A model generated the notes under the pieces. That model had not been told where the DNA came from and searched no databases. It worked only from the letters and a program-made list of their open reading frames with translations. This document shows, one piece after another, positions 36,478-46,551 of a DNA stretch of 60,606 nucleotides. The stretch lies in assembly GCA_002367275.1 (NCBI GenBank), contig DFBE01000039.1, forward strand, positions 25,390 through 85,995, written 5' to 3'. The first letter of the stretch is position 1; every line of letters begins with the position of its first letter. This DNA comes from Dehalococcoidia bacterium UBA3088. GTDB taxonomy: Bacteria > Chloroflexota > Dehalococcoidia > UBA2247 > UBA3088. Both the position numbers and the translations under genes were made by a program.

Positions 36478-37916
36478 GGCCCATGATAGATGGCGGAAAG
36501 CTTAAGCTTTTACCCCCAGATCAGCTTGAAAGATTACATCTTGGTGTTCTGGAAGTTCTAAGAGAAGTCGGAGTAAAGGTTGAGGATAGAGAGGCTTTGG
36601 AAATCCTGAATAAAGCGGGAGCAGATGTAGATTTCCAGGGGATGGTGGTAAAGATACCAGAGTATCTGGTTATGGACAGCATTCAAAAAGCTCCCAAGGA
36701 TGTCACATTTTATGGAAGGGATCCCAATGAAAGCTTCTCAGTTAAGCATGGAAAGGGAGTTTACTTTGGTCCATGTGCTGGCCCTCCCTACTTTATTGAT
36801 GAAAATGGAAATAGAAGAAAGGGAAAGCTTGCCGATATGGAAAAATCGGCTAGAGTAGCCGACGCCCTGCCCAATATCGATTTTGTAACCGGGCTAACCA
36901 CTGCCTCAGACGTCCCCCCCAGCGCCATAGACCTATATGAGCAGTTTGCGGTGATGTCCAATACAAAAAAGCATGTTCATGTGTTTGTTTATGAAGGTGG
37001 AAAGGAGATGACAAAGGCCCAGATAGAGCTGGCCAGTTTGTTTGCGGGTAGCCAGGAGGAGCTTAAGAAAAGACCGATTTTTAGCTTCTATATAGAGCCA
37101 GCTTCTCCCCTGTATGTCGGGAGAGGTCTGGGTGAAGCGGTGATAGAGGCTGCCAAGCTAAACATTCCCGTAATCTATACCCCCATTCCCTTAGCCGGGG
37201 CAACAAATCCTGCCACTATAGCGGGAACAGTTGTAGAAAGCGTGGCTGAATGTTTAGTGGGAAACGTAATAGCCCAACTTGTAAATCCAGGCACTCCGGT
37301 TGTCCTGGGGCCTGTTTCACTAACTATGGAAATGAGAAGGGGAACGGCAAGTTATACCAATATAGAAAGCGTTATGATGAGAGGAGCAATGGCCCAACTC
37401 TTCCGCTATTATGAGTTGCCTTCCTGGGGAACTGCAGGTTGCACTGATTCAAAGCTCTTAGACGAGCAAGCAACCGCCGAGGCAATACTTACCCTTATAA
37501 TCTCAGCTCTTACTGGAAATAATCTCAATCATGATGCTGGATATGCTGAATCCGGAAAGAGTGGAAGCATCGCTTTGCTCACTATAGCTGATGAGATGAT
37601 AGGAATGGTGAAAAGGCTGATGAGGGGAATAAGGGTTGATGAGGAAACTATGGCTCTGGATGCAGTTAAGAGCGCAGGAGTAGGAGGGTCATTTTTGACT
37701 CTAAAGCACACTTTGAATACCTACTCAAAGGAGCATATCCCATCTGAGCTCTTTGATAGGCTTCCCTGGGATGCATGGGTCAAAGAAGGAGGAAAGACTC
37801 TTGTTCAGAGGGCTTATGAAAAGGTAGGGAGAATACTTCGGGAACATGATGTTGAGCCTGTTCCAGCGGATGTAAGGGCAAAGGCCAGGGAAATAATAAA
37901 AAGATTTGAAAAATGA
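36474..37916 (+). CDS. MttB-superfamily methyltransferase, non-pyrrolysine, paralog 2
   Basis: 480 aa, colinear with paralog 1 (for example EPASPL, NLNHDAGY vs NLIHDCGY, GPGGNF vs GVGGSF). Its start overlaps the upstream stop. Confidence 0.85.
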   Translation: MRPMIDGGKLKLLPPDQLERLHLGVLEVLREVGVKVEDREALEILNKAGADVDFQGMVVKIPEYLVMDSIQKAPKDVTFYGRDPNESFSVKHGKGVYFGPCAGPPYFIDENGNRRKGKLADMEKSARVADALPNIDFVTGLTTASDVPPSAIDLYEQFAVMSNTKKHVHVFVYEGGKEMTKAQIELASLFAGSQEELKKRPIFSFYIEPASPLYVGRGLGEAVIEAAKLNIPVIYTPIPLAGATNPATIAGTVVESVAECLVGNVIAQLVNPGTPVVLGPVSLTMEMRRGTASYTNIESVMMRGAMAQLFRYYELPSWGTAGCTDSKLLDEQATAEAILTLIISALTGNNLNHDAGYAESGKSGSIALLTIADEMIGMVKRLMRGIRVDEETMALDAVKSAGVGGSFLTLKHTLNTYSKEHIPSELFDRLPWDAWVKEGGKTLVQRAYEKVGRILREHDVEPVPADVRAKAREIIKRFEK

Positions 37917-37945
37917 TGGCTCCCTAAGTAGAAAGAGGAGAGGAA

Positions 37946-38653
37946 ATGCCTGTTTTACGTAACTTAAATTTGCAGTTGGGGGTGGACCAAATATTGCGGC
38001 GTCAGGGGATGGGAGGTCAGGTTAAAAGTTTGGCCAAATCCAAAATTCCTTTAAGCATCTGGAAACTTATAGAAAGTCTTACTGGGAATCTCAATAGCCT
38101 TCTAGCTCCGGCTATTTCCTATGACTTTTATTCCATTGCGAAAATAGAGCCATTTCAATTATTTCTGGAAGATGAGACAATACTCAAAGGCTCTTTACTT
38201 CCTGAGCTTTTTAAGGAGGGAACAGAGCTTATGGTTTCTGCATGCACAATAGGTCCTGAGCTAGAAGAAAGGGTTGAGGAGCATTTAAAAAGCAAAGATA
38301 TCCTTACTGCTACTTTACTGGATGGAATGGGAAGTGCAGCCGTTGATGAGCTGGTAGAGCAAACTCCCGGAATTGCTAAAAAAAGGGCCGAACAGAAGGG
38401 ATTTAAAACCACCGGTTGTATAAGCCCTGGAAAAAGGGAGTTTACCCTTGAGGAGCAGCCCAGGATTTTAAGACTTGCCCATGCCGGGGAGATAGGAGTC
38501 AGCTTAACATCTCAGAATATGATGCTTCCCAGGCAATCAACTTCTATAGTGATAGGCATTGGACCAAAGATGCCTTTCTGGGATCAAAAGGAAGCATGTG
38601 GATACTGTGATTTAAAGGATAGATGCGAGTATAAAGTTATGGTGGAAGTTTAG
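37946..38653 (+). CDS. methionine-synthase activation-domain-like protein
   Basis: 235 aa with general resemblance to the MetH C-terminal (SAM-binding reactivation) domain. The C-terminus carries a CGYCDLKDRC cysteine cluster. The family call is made from memory and needs an HMM check. Confidence 0.5.
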   Translation: MPVLRNLNLQLGVDQILRRQGMGGQVKSLAKSKIPLSIWKLIESLTGNLNSLLAPAISYDFYSIAKIEPFQLFLEDETILKGSLLPELFKEGTELMVSACTIGPELEERVEEHLKSKDILTATLLDGMGSAAVDELVEQTPGIAKKRAEQKGFKTTGCISPGKREFTLEEQPRILRLAHAGEIGVSLTSQNMMLPRQSTSIVIGIGPKMPFWDQKEACGYCDLKDRCEYKVMVEV

Positions 38654-38655
38654 AT

Positions 38656-40461
38656 ATGGCATCCTATACGGTATATTTCGAGCCTCTGGGGCGGAGGGAA
38701 AAAGTCGATAGTGACCAATCTCTTCTTGAGATAGCCAGGAAGCTAGGAATAAACATCATAAGCATGTGTGATGGTAGGGGCTTATGTGGAGGATGTAAAG
38801 TTCAGGTTGTGGAAGGGAAAACCTCCCCTCTTACTTCAAAAGAGCTTGATAACCTGACTCAGAAGGAAATTTGCCAGAACTATCGCCTGGCGTGCCAGGT
38901 TCGTCCGTTAAGCAATCTGAAAATCCGCATTCCTCAAGAGTCTTTGAGCACTCCTCAAAGAACCCAGGTTGAAGGGCTAGAAATCCCTGTAACCCCGGAG
39001 CCTGTGGTTAGCTCATATGAACTAAAGCTTGACCCCCCTTCCCTCTCTGAGCCTGAAGGATATGCAGAAGTCATTCTGAAAGCGTTGAAAAATTGCCAAA
39101 GAGTCGGTATAGAGGTTTCAAGACAGCAATTACCCAGACTGAAATCATTGAACTGGAACATTGATGCCATAGTTCGAAATGGAGAATTGATCTCCATAAA
39201 TCCGCCTTCCACAAGGAAACTGGGGTTGGCTGTGGATCTGGGAACAACCAAAATTGCGGGTTATATCGTGGATTTGGAAAAAGGGGAGACTCTCATCTGT
39301 AAGGGTATGATGAACCCTCAAATACCATATGGGGAGGACGTCATTACCAGGATATCCAGGGCCGGTGAGAATAAAAAGGAAGCCAAAAAGTTACAGGCTT
39401 TGGTAGTGAAGGCCCTGAATCAGTTGACAAAAGAGATGTGTGCTGAGATCAGGGCGAATCGGGAACAGATTCTGGATGCAGTGGTGGTTGGCAATACCGC
39501 CATGCATCACCTTTTCCTGGGCTTACCCGTAAAGCAGCTTGGCCTTTCTCCCTACGCTCCGGCCCTGGAAAGCTCCATAGATGTCAAAGCAAGAGAGGTT
39601 GGATTAAAAATTGCCCCTGGAGCCTATGTTTATTTCTTGCCTAATATTGATGGATTTGTGGGAAGTGACCATGTAGCGATGCTTTTAACCACCGATTTAG
39701 CTAAATTTGCCGGAATAGCTCTGGCGCTCGACATAGGGACGAATACGGAGATCTGTCTGGCCGACCATGGGAAGTTAACCAGTGTTTCATGTGCATCCGG
39801 GCCCGCATTCGAAGGGGGACATATAAAATGTGGAATGCGCGCTTGCGAAGGTGCGATTGAGAAGGTCAGAATTTTTAATGGTGATGTGGACTATCATACC
39901 ATAGGAAATGGAAAGCCGGTGGGAATATGTGGCTCAGGGATTGTGGATGCGGTTGCCCAGCTCTATCTCAATGGGATCATAGAAGGAAATGGAAGGGAAA
40001 GGGATCATGAAAGGGTAAGAGAAACTGAAAATGGGAAAGAGTTCGTGATTGCTGGCGAGGAAGCTGGTTGCGATCAACCGGTGACAATTACTCAGAGAGA
40101 TGTGCATGAAGTGCAACTGGCAAAGGGAGCAATTTCGGCGGGGATCCAGGTGCTTTTGGAACAGAACGGGCTATCGGTAAGTGATCTGGAAAAGATAATA
40201 ATCGCCGGAGCTTTTGGAAGTTACATGGATGTCCGAAGCGCTATACCTATAGGGATGCTCCCTCCTTTGCCTCTGGAGCATTTTGAGCAGATTGGAAATG
40301 CGGCAGGGATGGGGGCAAAACTGGCTTTAATATCCAAAACAAAAAGAAAGGAAGCGGAGGAAGTAGCTAAGAAGACAAGTTACCTGGAGCTCGCGGCAGT
40401 TCCCAGCTTCATGAGAATATTTGCTCATGCTACCTGTTTTACCTCTGAATGGAAATTCTAG
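38656..40461 (+). CDS. corrinoid reductive activase (RACo/RamA-like; [2Fe-2S] ferredoxin + ASKHA ATPase)
   Basis: 601 aa. It has an N-terminal plant-type ferredoxin Cys pattern (CDGRGLCGGCKV...C), then ASKHA blocks (AVDLGTTKIAGY, ALDIGTNTE, GSGIVDA). Confidence 0.85.
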   Translation: MASYTVYFEPLGRREKVDSDQSLLEIARKLGINIISMCDGRGLCGGCKVQVVEGKTSPLTSKELDNLTQKEICQNYRLACQVRPLSNLKIRIPQESLSTPQRTQVEGLEIPVTPEPVVSSYELKLDPPSLSEPEGYAEVILKALKNCQRVGIEVSRQQLPRLKSLNWNIDAIVRNGELISINPPSTRKLGLAVDLGTTKIAGYIVDLEKGETLICKGMMNPQIPYGEDVITRISRAGENKKEAKKLQALVVKALNQLTKEMCAEIRANREQILDAVVVGNTAMHHLFLGLPVKQLGLSPYAPALESSIDVKAREVGLKIAPGAYVYFLPNIDGFVGSDHVAMLLTTDLAKFAGIALALDIGTNTEICLADHGKLTSVSCASGPAFEGGHIKCGMRACEGAIEKVRIFNGDVDYHTIGNGKPVGICGSGIVDAVAQLYLNGIIEGNGRERDHERVRETENGKEFVIAGEEAGCDQPVTITQRDVHEVQLAKGAISAGIQVLLEQNGLSVSDLEKIIIAGAFGSYMDVRSAIPIGMLPPLPLEHFEQIGNAAGMGAKLALISKTKRKEAEEVAKKTSYLELAAVPSFMRIFAHATCFTSEWKF

Positions 40462-41348
40462 ACAAAGTGGAAACAAAAGTCAACCGTCGTAGGGGAAAGG
40501 AAGTCATAATCGGCCCAGAGAGGCCAACTGTACTTATTGGAGAGAGAATAAATCCAACCGGAAGAAAAGATCTTGCCACAGCCCTCCAGAATGGTGATAT
40601 GGGATTCGTCAAAAAAGAAGCCATTGATCAAGTGGAGGCAGGAGCAGATATGTTAGATGTTAATGTTAGCATGACAAATGTCGATGAACTAAGCTTACTT
40701 CCTGAGGTTATTCAGGTTGTTATGGGTGCTGTTGATGTGCCTCTATGCATAGATAGCAGCAACCCTGAAGCATTGAAGGCAGCGCTAGAAGTCTATGATG
40801 GAAAACCTCTTATAAGCTCCGTTACGGGTGAGGAGAAATCTCTGAACAGTATTCTCCCCCCGGTTAAAGAGCATGGAGCAGCCGTAATTGGTTTGACCAT
40901 GGATGAAGGAGCCATTCCAAACGACCCAGACAAAAGAGCTTCCATAGCCAAAAAGATAGTGGAAAGGGCAGCGTCCCTGGGTATTCCCAAGGAAGATGTC
41001 GTTATCGATTGTTTAACCCTGGCCGTGGGAACGGATATTAGAAGCGGTTTGATAACTATTGAAGCGATTCAAAAGGTGAAAGAGGAGCTTGGCGTAAATC
41101 TTACACTTGGAGTTAGCAATATATCTTTCGGTATGCCGGATAGAAATCTGATAAATGGTGTTTTTTTAGCCATGGCTATATTTTCTGGTGTGGCATGCCC
41201 CATTGTAAATGTGGCTAAAGCTAGATCCATTGTTCTGGCCGCCGATTTGCTCATGGGTAGAGATAGATTGGCCATGCGTTATATAGAAGATTACAGAAAA
41301 TCCCGGGCGCACCAGAACAAAGAATATGGCAGTATAGGTCCAGCTTAG
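40449..41348 (+). CDS. methylcorrinoid:tetrahydrofolate methyltransferase (pterin-binding, MtgA/MeTr-like)
   Basis: 299 aa with pterin-binding barrel blocks (IGERINPTGRK, GADMLDVNV, LCIDSS, GVSNISFG). Confidence 0.85.
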   Translation: MEILDKVETKVNRRRGKEVIIGPERPTVLIGERINPTGRKDLATALQNGDMGFVKKEAIDQVEAGADMLDVNVSMTNVDELSLLPEVIQVVMGAVDVPLCIDSSNPEALKAALEVYDGKPLISSVTGEEKSLNSILPPVKEHGAAVIGLTMDEGAIPNDPDKRASIAKKIVERAASLGIPKEDVVIDCLTLAVGTDIRSGLITIEAIQKVKEELGVNLTLGVSNISFGMPDRNLINGVFLAMAIFSGVACPIVNVAKARSIVLAADLLMGRDRLAMRYIEDYRKSRAHQNKEYGSIGPA

Positions 41349-41628
41349 CCCATCTTTACCAAATTCCTCATCAAGGAAGGCAAAGATAGGGGGTTATCAG
41401 CTTTGGCATGGGGTGATTATAAGGGTAACCCGGAGGCGTTACTAACTGAGCGAAGGAGAAAACTAAAGGAAGCAGCTGCCAGCCGAAGGGAAATAAACAA
41501 GCTTGTTGATCCAGCAGAAACTAAAGTTGGGGGTGTATAGTGTTACCATCTCCTTCATGAGTGACATTTTCGCTTAACAGTTAGATGGTGACAAAATCGT
41601 ATAACATCGACACTTTCAATTCGCGACA

Positions 41629-41657
41629 TTGACAAGCAGGTTTTTCTGCTTTAGACT
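41629..41657 (+). promoter_or_regulatory. candidate str-operon promoter TTGACA-N17-TAGACT
   Basis: Read from the sequence, ~90 nt upstream of the rpsL ATG. Confidence 0.45.
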
Positions 41658-41743
41658 AAGTTTGGTACTTGGTGGGTTAGAGGGAGAGGGCTGAAGGACC
41701 ACCAAATTACCTTGGGTCTTTCAGCTTAATTTTTGGAAATAAA

Positions 41744-42154
41744 ATGACTACAGTAAGCCAGCTAGTGCGGAAGGGAAGGGAAAGAGAAAAGAGGAAGAAC
41801 AAAGCGATAGCCTTTTCTTATTCTTACAATTCTCTGAAGGAAAGGTTAAAGCAGGGTGCGAATTCTCCTCAGAAGAGGGGTGTTTGCGTTCAGGTTAAAA
41901 CAACTACTCCTAAAAAGCCAAACTCTGCCCTGCGTAAGGTAGCTAAGGTAAGGTTAACCAATGGAATGGAGGTGACCAGTTATATACCAGGCGAAGGGCA
42001 CAACCTCCAGGAGCACTCCATGGTTTTAATTCGGGGGGGGAGGGTGAAGGATCTTCCCGGGGTTCGCTACCACATTATTCGTGGTGTCCTGGATACTACT
42101 GGAGTAGATAATCGTAAGCGAGGACGCAGTAAATATGGAGCAAAAAAGGAGTAA
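41744..42154 (+). CDS. rpsL: 30S ribosomal protein S12 (long, Bacillus-type)
   Basis: 136 aa with the SPQKRGVC...[20 protein letters not shown] signature. Confidence 0.97.
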   Translation: MTTVSQLVRKGREREKRKNKAIAFSYSYNSLKERLKQGANSPQKRGVCVQVKTTTPKKPNSALRKVAKVRLTNGMEVTSYIPGEGHNLQEHSMVLIRGGRVKDLPGVRYHIIRGVLDTTGVDNRKRGRSKYGAKKE

Positions 42155-42159
42155 ACATA

Positions 42160-42630
42160 ATGCCTCGTCGTGGTGAGGTCAAAAAACGGTCGGTTCCCCC
42201 TGACCTGAAATATGGGAGTGAACTGGTGTCTAAGTTCACTAACCGGGTGATGGAGAACGGTAAGAAGAGCGTAGCCCAGAAGATAGTGTATCAAGCTTTG
42301 GATATGGTTCAGGAGAAAAGGGAGGGCGATCCATTAGAAGTATTTCAAAGGGCGGTGAAAAATGCTACCCCCCTTATTCGAGTCAAAGCAAGAAGGGTTG
42401 GCGGTGCCACCTATCAAATTCCCACCGAGGTGAGGGCTAACCAGGGCCTTTCCTTAGCTATGAAGTGGCTTATAACCTTCGCTCGAGCGCGCAAAGGAAG
42501 GTCGATGGCTGAAAAATTAGCCTCAGAGATTCTGGATGCCTCCGATGGCCAGGGAGCTAGCACAAAGAGGAAGGATGACCTGCACCGGATGGCAGAAGCT
42601 AATAGGGCATTCGCCCACTACCGATGGTGA
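42160..42630 (+). CDS. rpsG: 30S ribosomal protein S7
   Basis: 156 aa. Starts MPRRGEV and ends AFAHYRW. Confidence 0.97.
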   Translation: MPRRGEVKKRSVPPDLKYGSELVSKFTNRVMENGKKSVAQKIVYQALDMVQEKREGDPLEVFQRAVKNATPLIRVKARRVGGATYQIPTEVRANQGLSLAMKWLITFARARKGRSMAEKLASEILDASDGQGASTKRKDDLHRMAEANRAFAHYRW

Positions 42631-42632
42631 CT

Positions 42633-44726
42633 ATGTTAGATAAGAAACAAAATACCCCCCTGGGTACACCTATACCTCTGCACAGGATCAGAAACATAGG
42701 AATTATTGCTCACATAGATGCAGGTAAAACCACACTTACGGAACGGATTCTTTACTTCACCGGCCATAGTTACAAGATGGGAGAGGTTGATGAGGGAACA
42801 ACGGTGATGGACTTTATGGATCAGGAAAGGGAGAGAGGAATAACCATAAACTCTGCTGCTACCACCTGTTACTGGAAAGAAGCTTGCATCAACATTATTG
42901 ATACCCCCGGGCATGTGGATTTCACTGCTGAGGTGGAAAGGTCGCTTCGAGTTCTGGATGGGGGAATGGTAATCTTAGACGCTACCTCCGGAGTAGAACC
43001 CCAATCAGAAATGGTATGGCATCAGGCAGATAAATACCATGTGCCTCGGATATGTTTTGTGAACAAGATGGACCGCGTGGGTGCTTCCCTGGATAATACC
43101 CTGACATCCATCAAAGAACGCCTCAAAGCGCGAGCGGTATCTCTTCAGATTCCCCTGGGGGTGGAGAAGGACTTTTGGGGGGTGATTGATCTTATAGAAC
43201 TAAGAGCTTGGCGATTTGACAAAGACTTAGAGATTCCCCCCCGGGAGCTTTCCATTCCCCCTGAATGGGCTGAGGAGGCAAGCCGGAGACGAAAGGAGCT
43301 AATAGAGGCCATATGTGAGGAGGATGAGAAGCTCCTTACATGTTATCTGGAGAGGGAGATCGAAGTTGAGGAGATAAAGGCTGCCTTAAGGAGGGTGGTC
43401 ATCCGCGGCAGGATAGTACCTGTTCTGTGCGGAAGTGCACTTAAGAACAAGGGAATACACCCTCTTCTGGATTCTATCGTAGACTTCCTCCCCGCGCCTT
43501 CAGACATCCCACCAATGCAAGGATACCTTCCTTCATCTGATAGGGAAGTAAAGCGTAGCCCTAGATACGATGAACCATTCTGTGCTCTGGTGTTCAAGGT
43601 GGTTACTGATGCCTTTGTGGGGAGATTGATGTACTTGAGGGTTTACTCGGGGAAGGTTGGGGTGGGCGAAACAGTACTGAACTCTACCCGAGGTAAAAGG
43701 GAGAGAATAGGAAGGTTAATGAGGATGCATGCTAACCGCCGGGAGGAGGTGGAGGAGGCTCCTTGTGGTGATATCGTGGCTGTGCTGGGGCTCAGGAATA
43801 CTTTTACTGGAGATACTTTATGTGATCCCCATTCCCCTCTCGTCCTGGAGAACATTTCTTTTCCTTCGCCTCTGGTTTCCCTATCCATTGAGCCCAAGGC
43901 TAAGTCGGATGGAGCCAGTCTAGATGAAGCTCTAGCCAAGTTAGCTCAGGAAGATCCCACTTTCAAGGTACACTATGACGAGGAAACGGGTCAGAGCATC
44001 ATCCAGGGAATGGGAGAGTTACACCTGGAAGTTCTGATAGAGAGGATATCCCGGGAGTTTGGGGTAACAGCCAGGGTGGGTAAGCCTCGGGTATTCTACC
44101 ACGAAACTGTCGCCGGTAAGGCTGACGCCGAAGGAAGATTCATTAAACAGAGTGGCGGCAGAGGACAGTATGGTGTGGTTAACCTTACGGTGGAGTCGCA
44201 GAATTTAGATTCAGGGGTGATGTTTGAAAATCATATCAAAGGAGGAGCCATACCCCTAAAATTTATTCCTGCTATTAAGGAAGGAGTGAAGGAGGCAGCA
44301 GATACTGGCCTTCATGGCTATCCTCTAATTGGAGTTAAGGTTGCTCTTCGTGACGGTAGCTTCCATGAGGTTGATTCCTCTGAGATAGCATTTAAAATGG
44401 CCGGATCCATTGCCTTTAGGGAGGCAGTGAAGAAGGCAGGGGTGAAGCTTCTGGAGCCGGTGATGAAAATGGTATTGACTACCCCCGAGGAATATTTAGG
44501 AAATATCATCTCTGATCTTCAATCGAGAAGAGCAGATATTCAAAGCATTGAACAAAGCCATGATCTAAGGATACTGCGCTCCCTCATTCCTTTAGGGGAG
44601 ACCTTTGGTTATATCAATGTTCTGCGCTCCTTGAGCTCAGGTCGGGCAACCTGCTTCCTGGAATTCCATCGCTACTGTGAGGTCCCCTCCTTCTTAACCC
44701 AGGAGATTATTTCTAAGAGAAGGTAA
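42633..44726 (+). CDS. fusA: elongation factor G
   Basis: Has the G1 motif [17 protein letters not shown] and NKMD. An alternative start at ATG 42624 would overlap rpsG. Confidence 0.95.
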   Translation: MLDKKQNTPLGTPIPLHRIRNIGIIAHIDAGKTTLTERILYFTGHSYKMGEVDEGTTVMDFMDQERERGITINSAATTCYWKEACINIIDTPGHVDFTAEVERSLRVLDGGMVILDATSGVEPQSEMVWHQADKYHVPRICFVNKMDRVGASLDNTLTSIKERLKARAVSLQIPLGVEKDFWGVIDLIELRAWRFDKDLEIPPRELSIPPEWAEEASRRRKELIEAICEEDEKLLTCYLEREIEVEEIKAALRRVVIRGRIVPVLCGSALKNKGIHPLLDSIVDFLPAPSDIPPMQGYLPSSDREVKRSPRYDEPFCALVFKVVTDAFVGRLMYLRVYSGKVGVGETVLNSTRGKRERIGRLMRMHANRREEVEEAPCGDIVAVLGLRNTFTGDTLCDPHSPLVLENISFPSPLVSLSIEPKAKSDGASLDEALAKLAQEDPTFKVHYDEETGQSIIQGMGELHLEVLIERISREFGVTARVGKPRVFYHETVAGKADAEGRFIKQSGGRGQYGVVNLTVESQNLDSGVMFENHIKGGAIPLKFIPAIKEGVKEAADTGLHGYPLIGVKVALRDGSFHEVDSSEIAFKMAGSIAFREAVKKAGVKLLEPVMKMVLTTPEEYLGNIISDLQSRRADIQSIEQSHDLRILRSLIPLGETFGYINVLRSLSSGRATCFLEFHRYCEVPSFLTQEIISKRR

Positions 44727-45034
44727 TGCCCGAGAAAAAGATCAGAATTAAATTGAAATCCTTTGACCATAAGGTCCTGGATGATTCGTTGGCCCAAATT
44801 GTGGGAGTAGTGGAGGGGACAGGGGCAGGGGTAGTGGGGCCTATTCCTTTGCCTACTAAACTGGAGAAGTTCTGTGTTATTCGTTCTCCATTTATCGATA
44901 AGGATTCCCGGGAACAATTCGAGATCAGGACTCATAAAAGAATTCTGGATATCGTAAACCCCTCCTCAAGGACAGTAGATGCCCTGACCAGATTGGAACT
45001 ACCCGCAGGGGTGGACATTGAGGTAAAGCTATGA
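44726..45034 (+). CDS. rpsJ: 30S ribosomal protein S10
   Basis: 102 aa ([15 protein letters not shown]). The ATG overlaps the fusA TAA by 1 nt. Confidence 0.97.
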   Translation: MPEKKIRIKLKSFDHKVLDDSLAQIVGVVEGTGAGVVGPIPLPTKLEKFCVIRSPFIDKDSREQFEIRTHKRILDIVNPSSRTVDALTRLELPAGVDIEVKL

Positions 45035-45648
45035 TACGAGGAGTGATGGGCAGAAAGCTGGGCATGGGTACATTTTTCGCACCTTCGGGCCGGTGCTTTG
45101 GAGTAACCCAGGTTAGGGTCGGGCCCTGCTACGTGACTCAGATAAAGACCAAACATAGAGATGGCTATAATGCGCTGCAGATCGGATTTGAGGAAGGTAA
45201 GAAATTGAGTCAGCCGGAGATGGGCCACTTAAAGCACGTGGGGAAGAGGCTTAAGGTGCTTTGTGAGTTCAGGTGTGATGACCCAGAGGAAGCCGAGCTG
45301 GGCCAGGAAATTCTGGTGGATATGTTTAAACCTGGGGATAAGATATCTGTGAAGGGAGTATCTAAGGGAAAAGGATTTGCCGGGGGAGTGAAAAGGTATC
45401 ACTTTAGGGGAGGCCCTAAAACTCATGGCCAGTCCGATCGCCAGCGCGCCCCGGGATCAATAGGAGGTACCACCTACCCGGGAAAGGTATTCAAGGGAAA
45501 GAAAATGGCCGGACATATGGGTTCGCGTGAGGTAACTATTGGGGGAACGGAAGTGGTCGGCGTTGACCCGGAGAAAAACCTTCTTCTCCTGAAGGGAGGA
45601 GTTCCTGGAGCGCCCGGGAGCATGGTAATTTTGAGGAAAGAGAAATGA
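45031..45648 (+). CDS. rplC: 50S ribosomal protein L3
   Basis: 205 aa ([21 protein letters not shown]); S10-operon order. Confidence 0.95.
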   Translation: MIRGVMGRKLGMGTFFAPSGRCFGVTQVRVGPCYVTQIKTKHRDGYNALQIGFEEGKKLSQPEMGHLKHVGKRLKVLCEFRCDDPEEAELGQEILVDMFKPGDKISVKGVSKGKGFAGGVKRYHFRGGPKTHGQSDRQRAPGSIGGTTYPGKVFKGKKMAGHMGSREVTIGGTEVVGVDPEKNLLLLKGGVPGAPGSMVILRKEK

Positions 45649-46271
45649 TGGTTCCGCTATTAACTCAAGATGGGGAGAAGATAGATGAAATTGAGGTGAG
45701 CCCTTCCGTTTTTGGGGTTCCCTTTAATGAGGTGATAGTGCACCAGGCAATGGTGGCTGCTCTTTCCGGAAAGCGCCTGGGCACAGCAAGCACCAAGACG
45801 CGGGGGGAGGTGAGAGGAAGCACCCGAAAGCTCTACCGCCAGAAGCATACCGGAAGGGCCAGGAGGGGAAGCCTTAGATCTCCTCTTCTTCGGGGGGGAG
45901 GAGTAGCGTTTGGCCCTCATCCCAGAAGCTATAGGAAGCAGATTCCCCGCAAGGCTAGAAGATTGGCCTTATGCTGCCTGCTCTCAGCCAAGTTTACGGA
46001 GGAAAAACTTCTGGTGGTGAACAAATTTGAGCTCCCGCCCAAAACAAAGGAAGCCATCTCCTGCCTTAAACTTTTAGGAGTGGATGAGGGAAGAGCCTTA
46101 GTGGTCACCTCTCAAGTGAACCAAAACCTGATCCTGGCTATGAGGAACCTTCCTTACGTGAAGACGCTCCCTGCCCACACCCTGAACCTAGTTGATCTTT
46201 TGGCTTATCCCTTCCTGATCCTTGACTATGATGCGTTGATGAAGGTAGAGGAGATATGGGGAGATGGATAA
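45645..46271 (+). CDS. rplD: 50S ribosomal protein L4
   Basis: 208 aa (QKHTGRARRGSLRSPLLRGGGVAFGP). Confidence 0.95.
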   Translation: MMVPLLTQDGEKIDEIEVSPSVFGVPFNEVIVHQAMVAALSGKRLGTASTKTRGEVRGSTRKLYRQKHTGRARRGSLRSPLLRGGGVAFGPHPRSYRKQIPRKARRLALCCLLSAKFTEEKLLVVNKFELPPKTKEAISCLKLLGVDEGRALVVTSQVNQNLILAMRNLPYVKTLPAHTLNLVDLLAYPFLILDYDALMKVEEIWGDG

Positions 46272-46551
46272 TCTTTATCGGGTACTACTTCGGCCGGTGA
46301 TTACAGAGAAGGCAACCCTGCTTAAAGAGGAAGGCAAGTACGTGTTTGAGGTGTCCCGAGGAAGCCGAAAGAGAGAAATAGGGAAGGCAGTGGAAAAGGC
46401 CTTCCGTGTCAAAGTAAAGTCGGTCAATATAGTGAACCTGCATGGAGAAATGATAAGAAGAGGGAGAGTGAAGGTAAAGACGTCTCCTCGGAAGAAGGCT
46501 ATTGTGACCCTTATGCCGGGAGAGAAAGTTGAGTTCTTCGAAGGGATATGA
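46264..46551 (+). CDS. rplW: 50S ribosomal protein L23
   Basis: 95 aa ([11 protein letters not shown]); operon position. Confidence 0.95.
   Translation: MDNLYRVLLRPVITEKATLLKEEGKYVFEVSRGSRKREIGKAVEKAFRVKVKSVNIVNLHGEMIRRGRVKVKTSPRKKAIVTLMPGEKVEFFEGI

Noticed and set aside
34996-37916. Possibility that the MttB genes are pyrrolysine-containing (in-frame UAG).
   Set aside because: Both reading frames are uninterrupted at full MttB length, so they are non-Pyl members.
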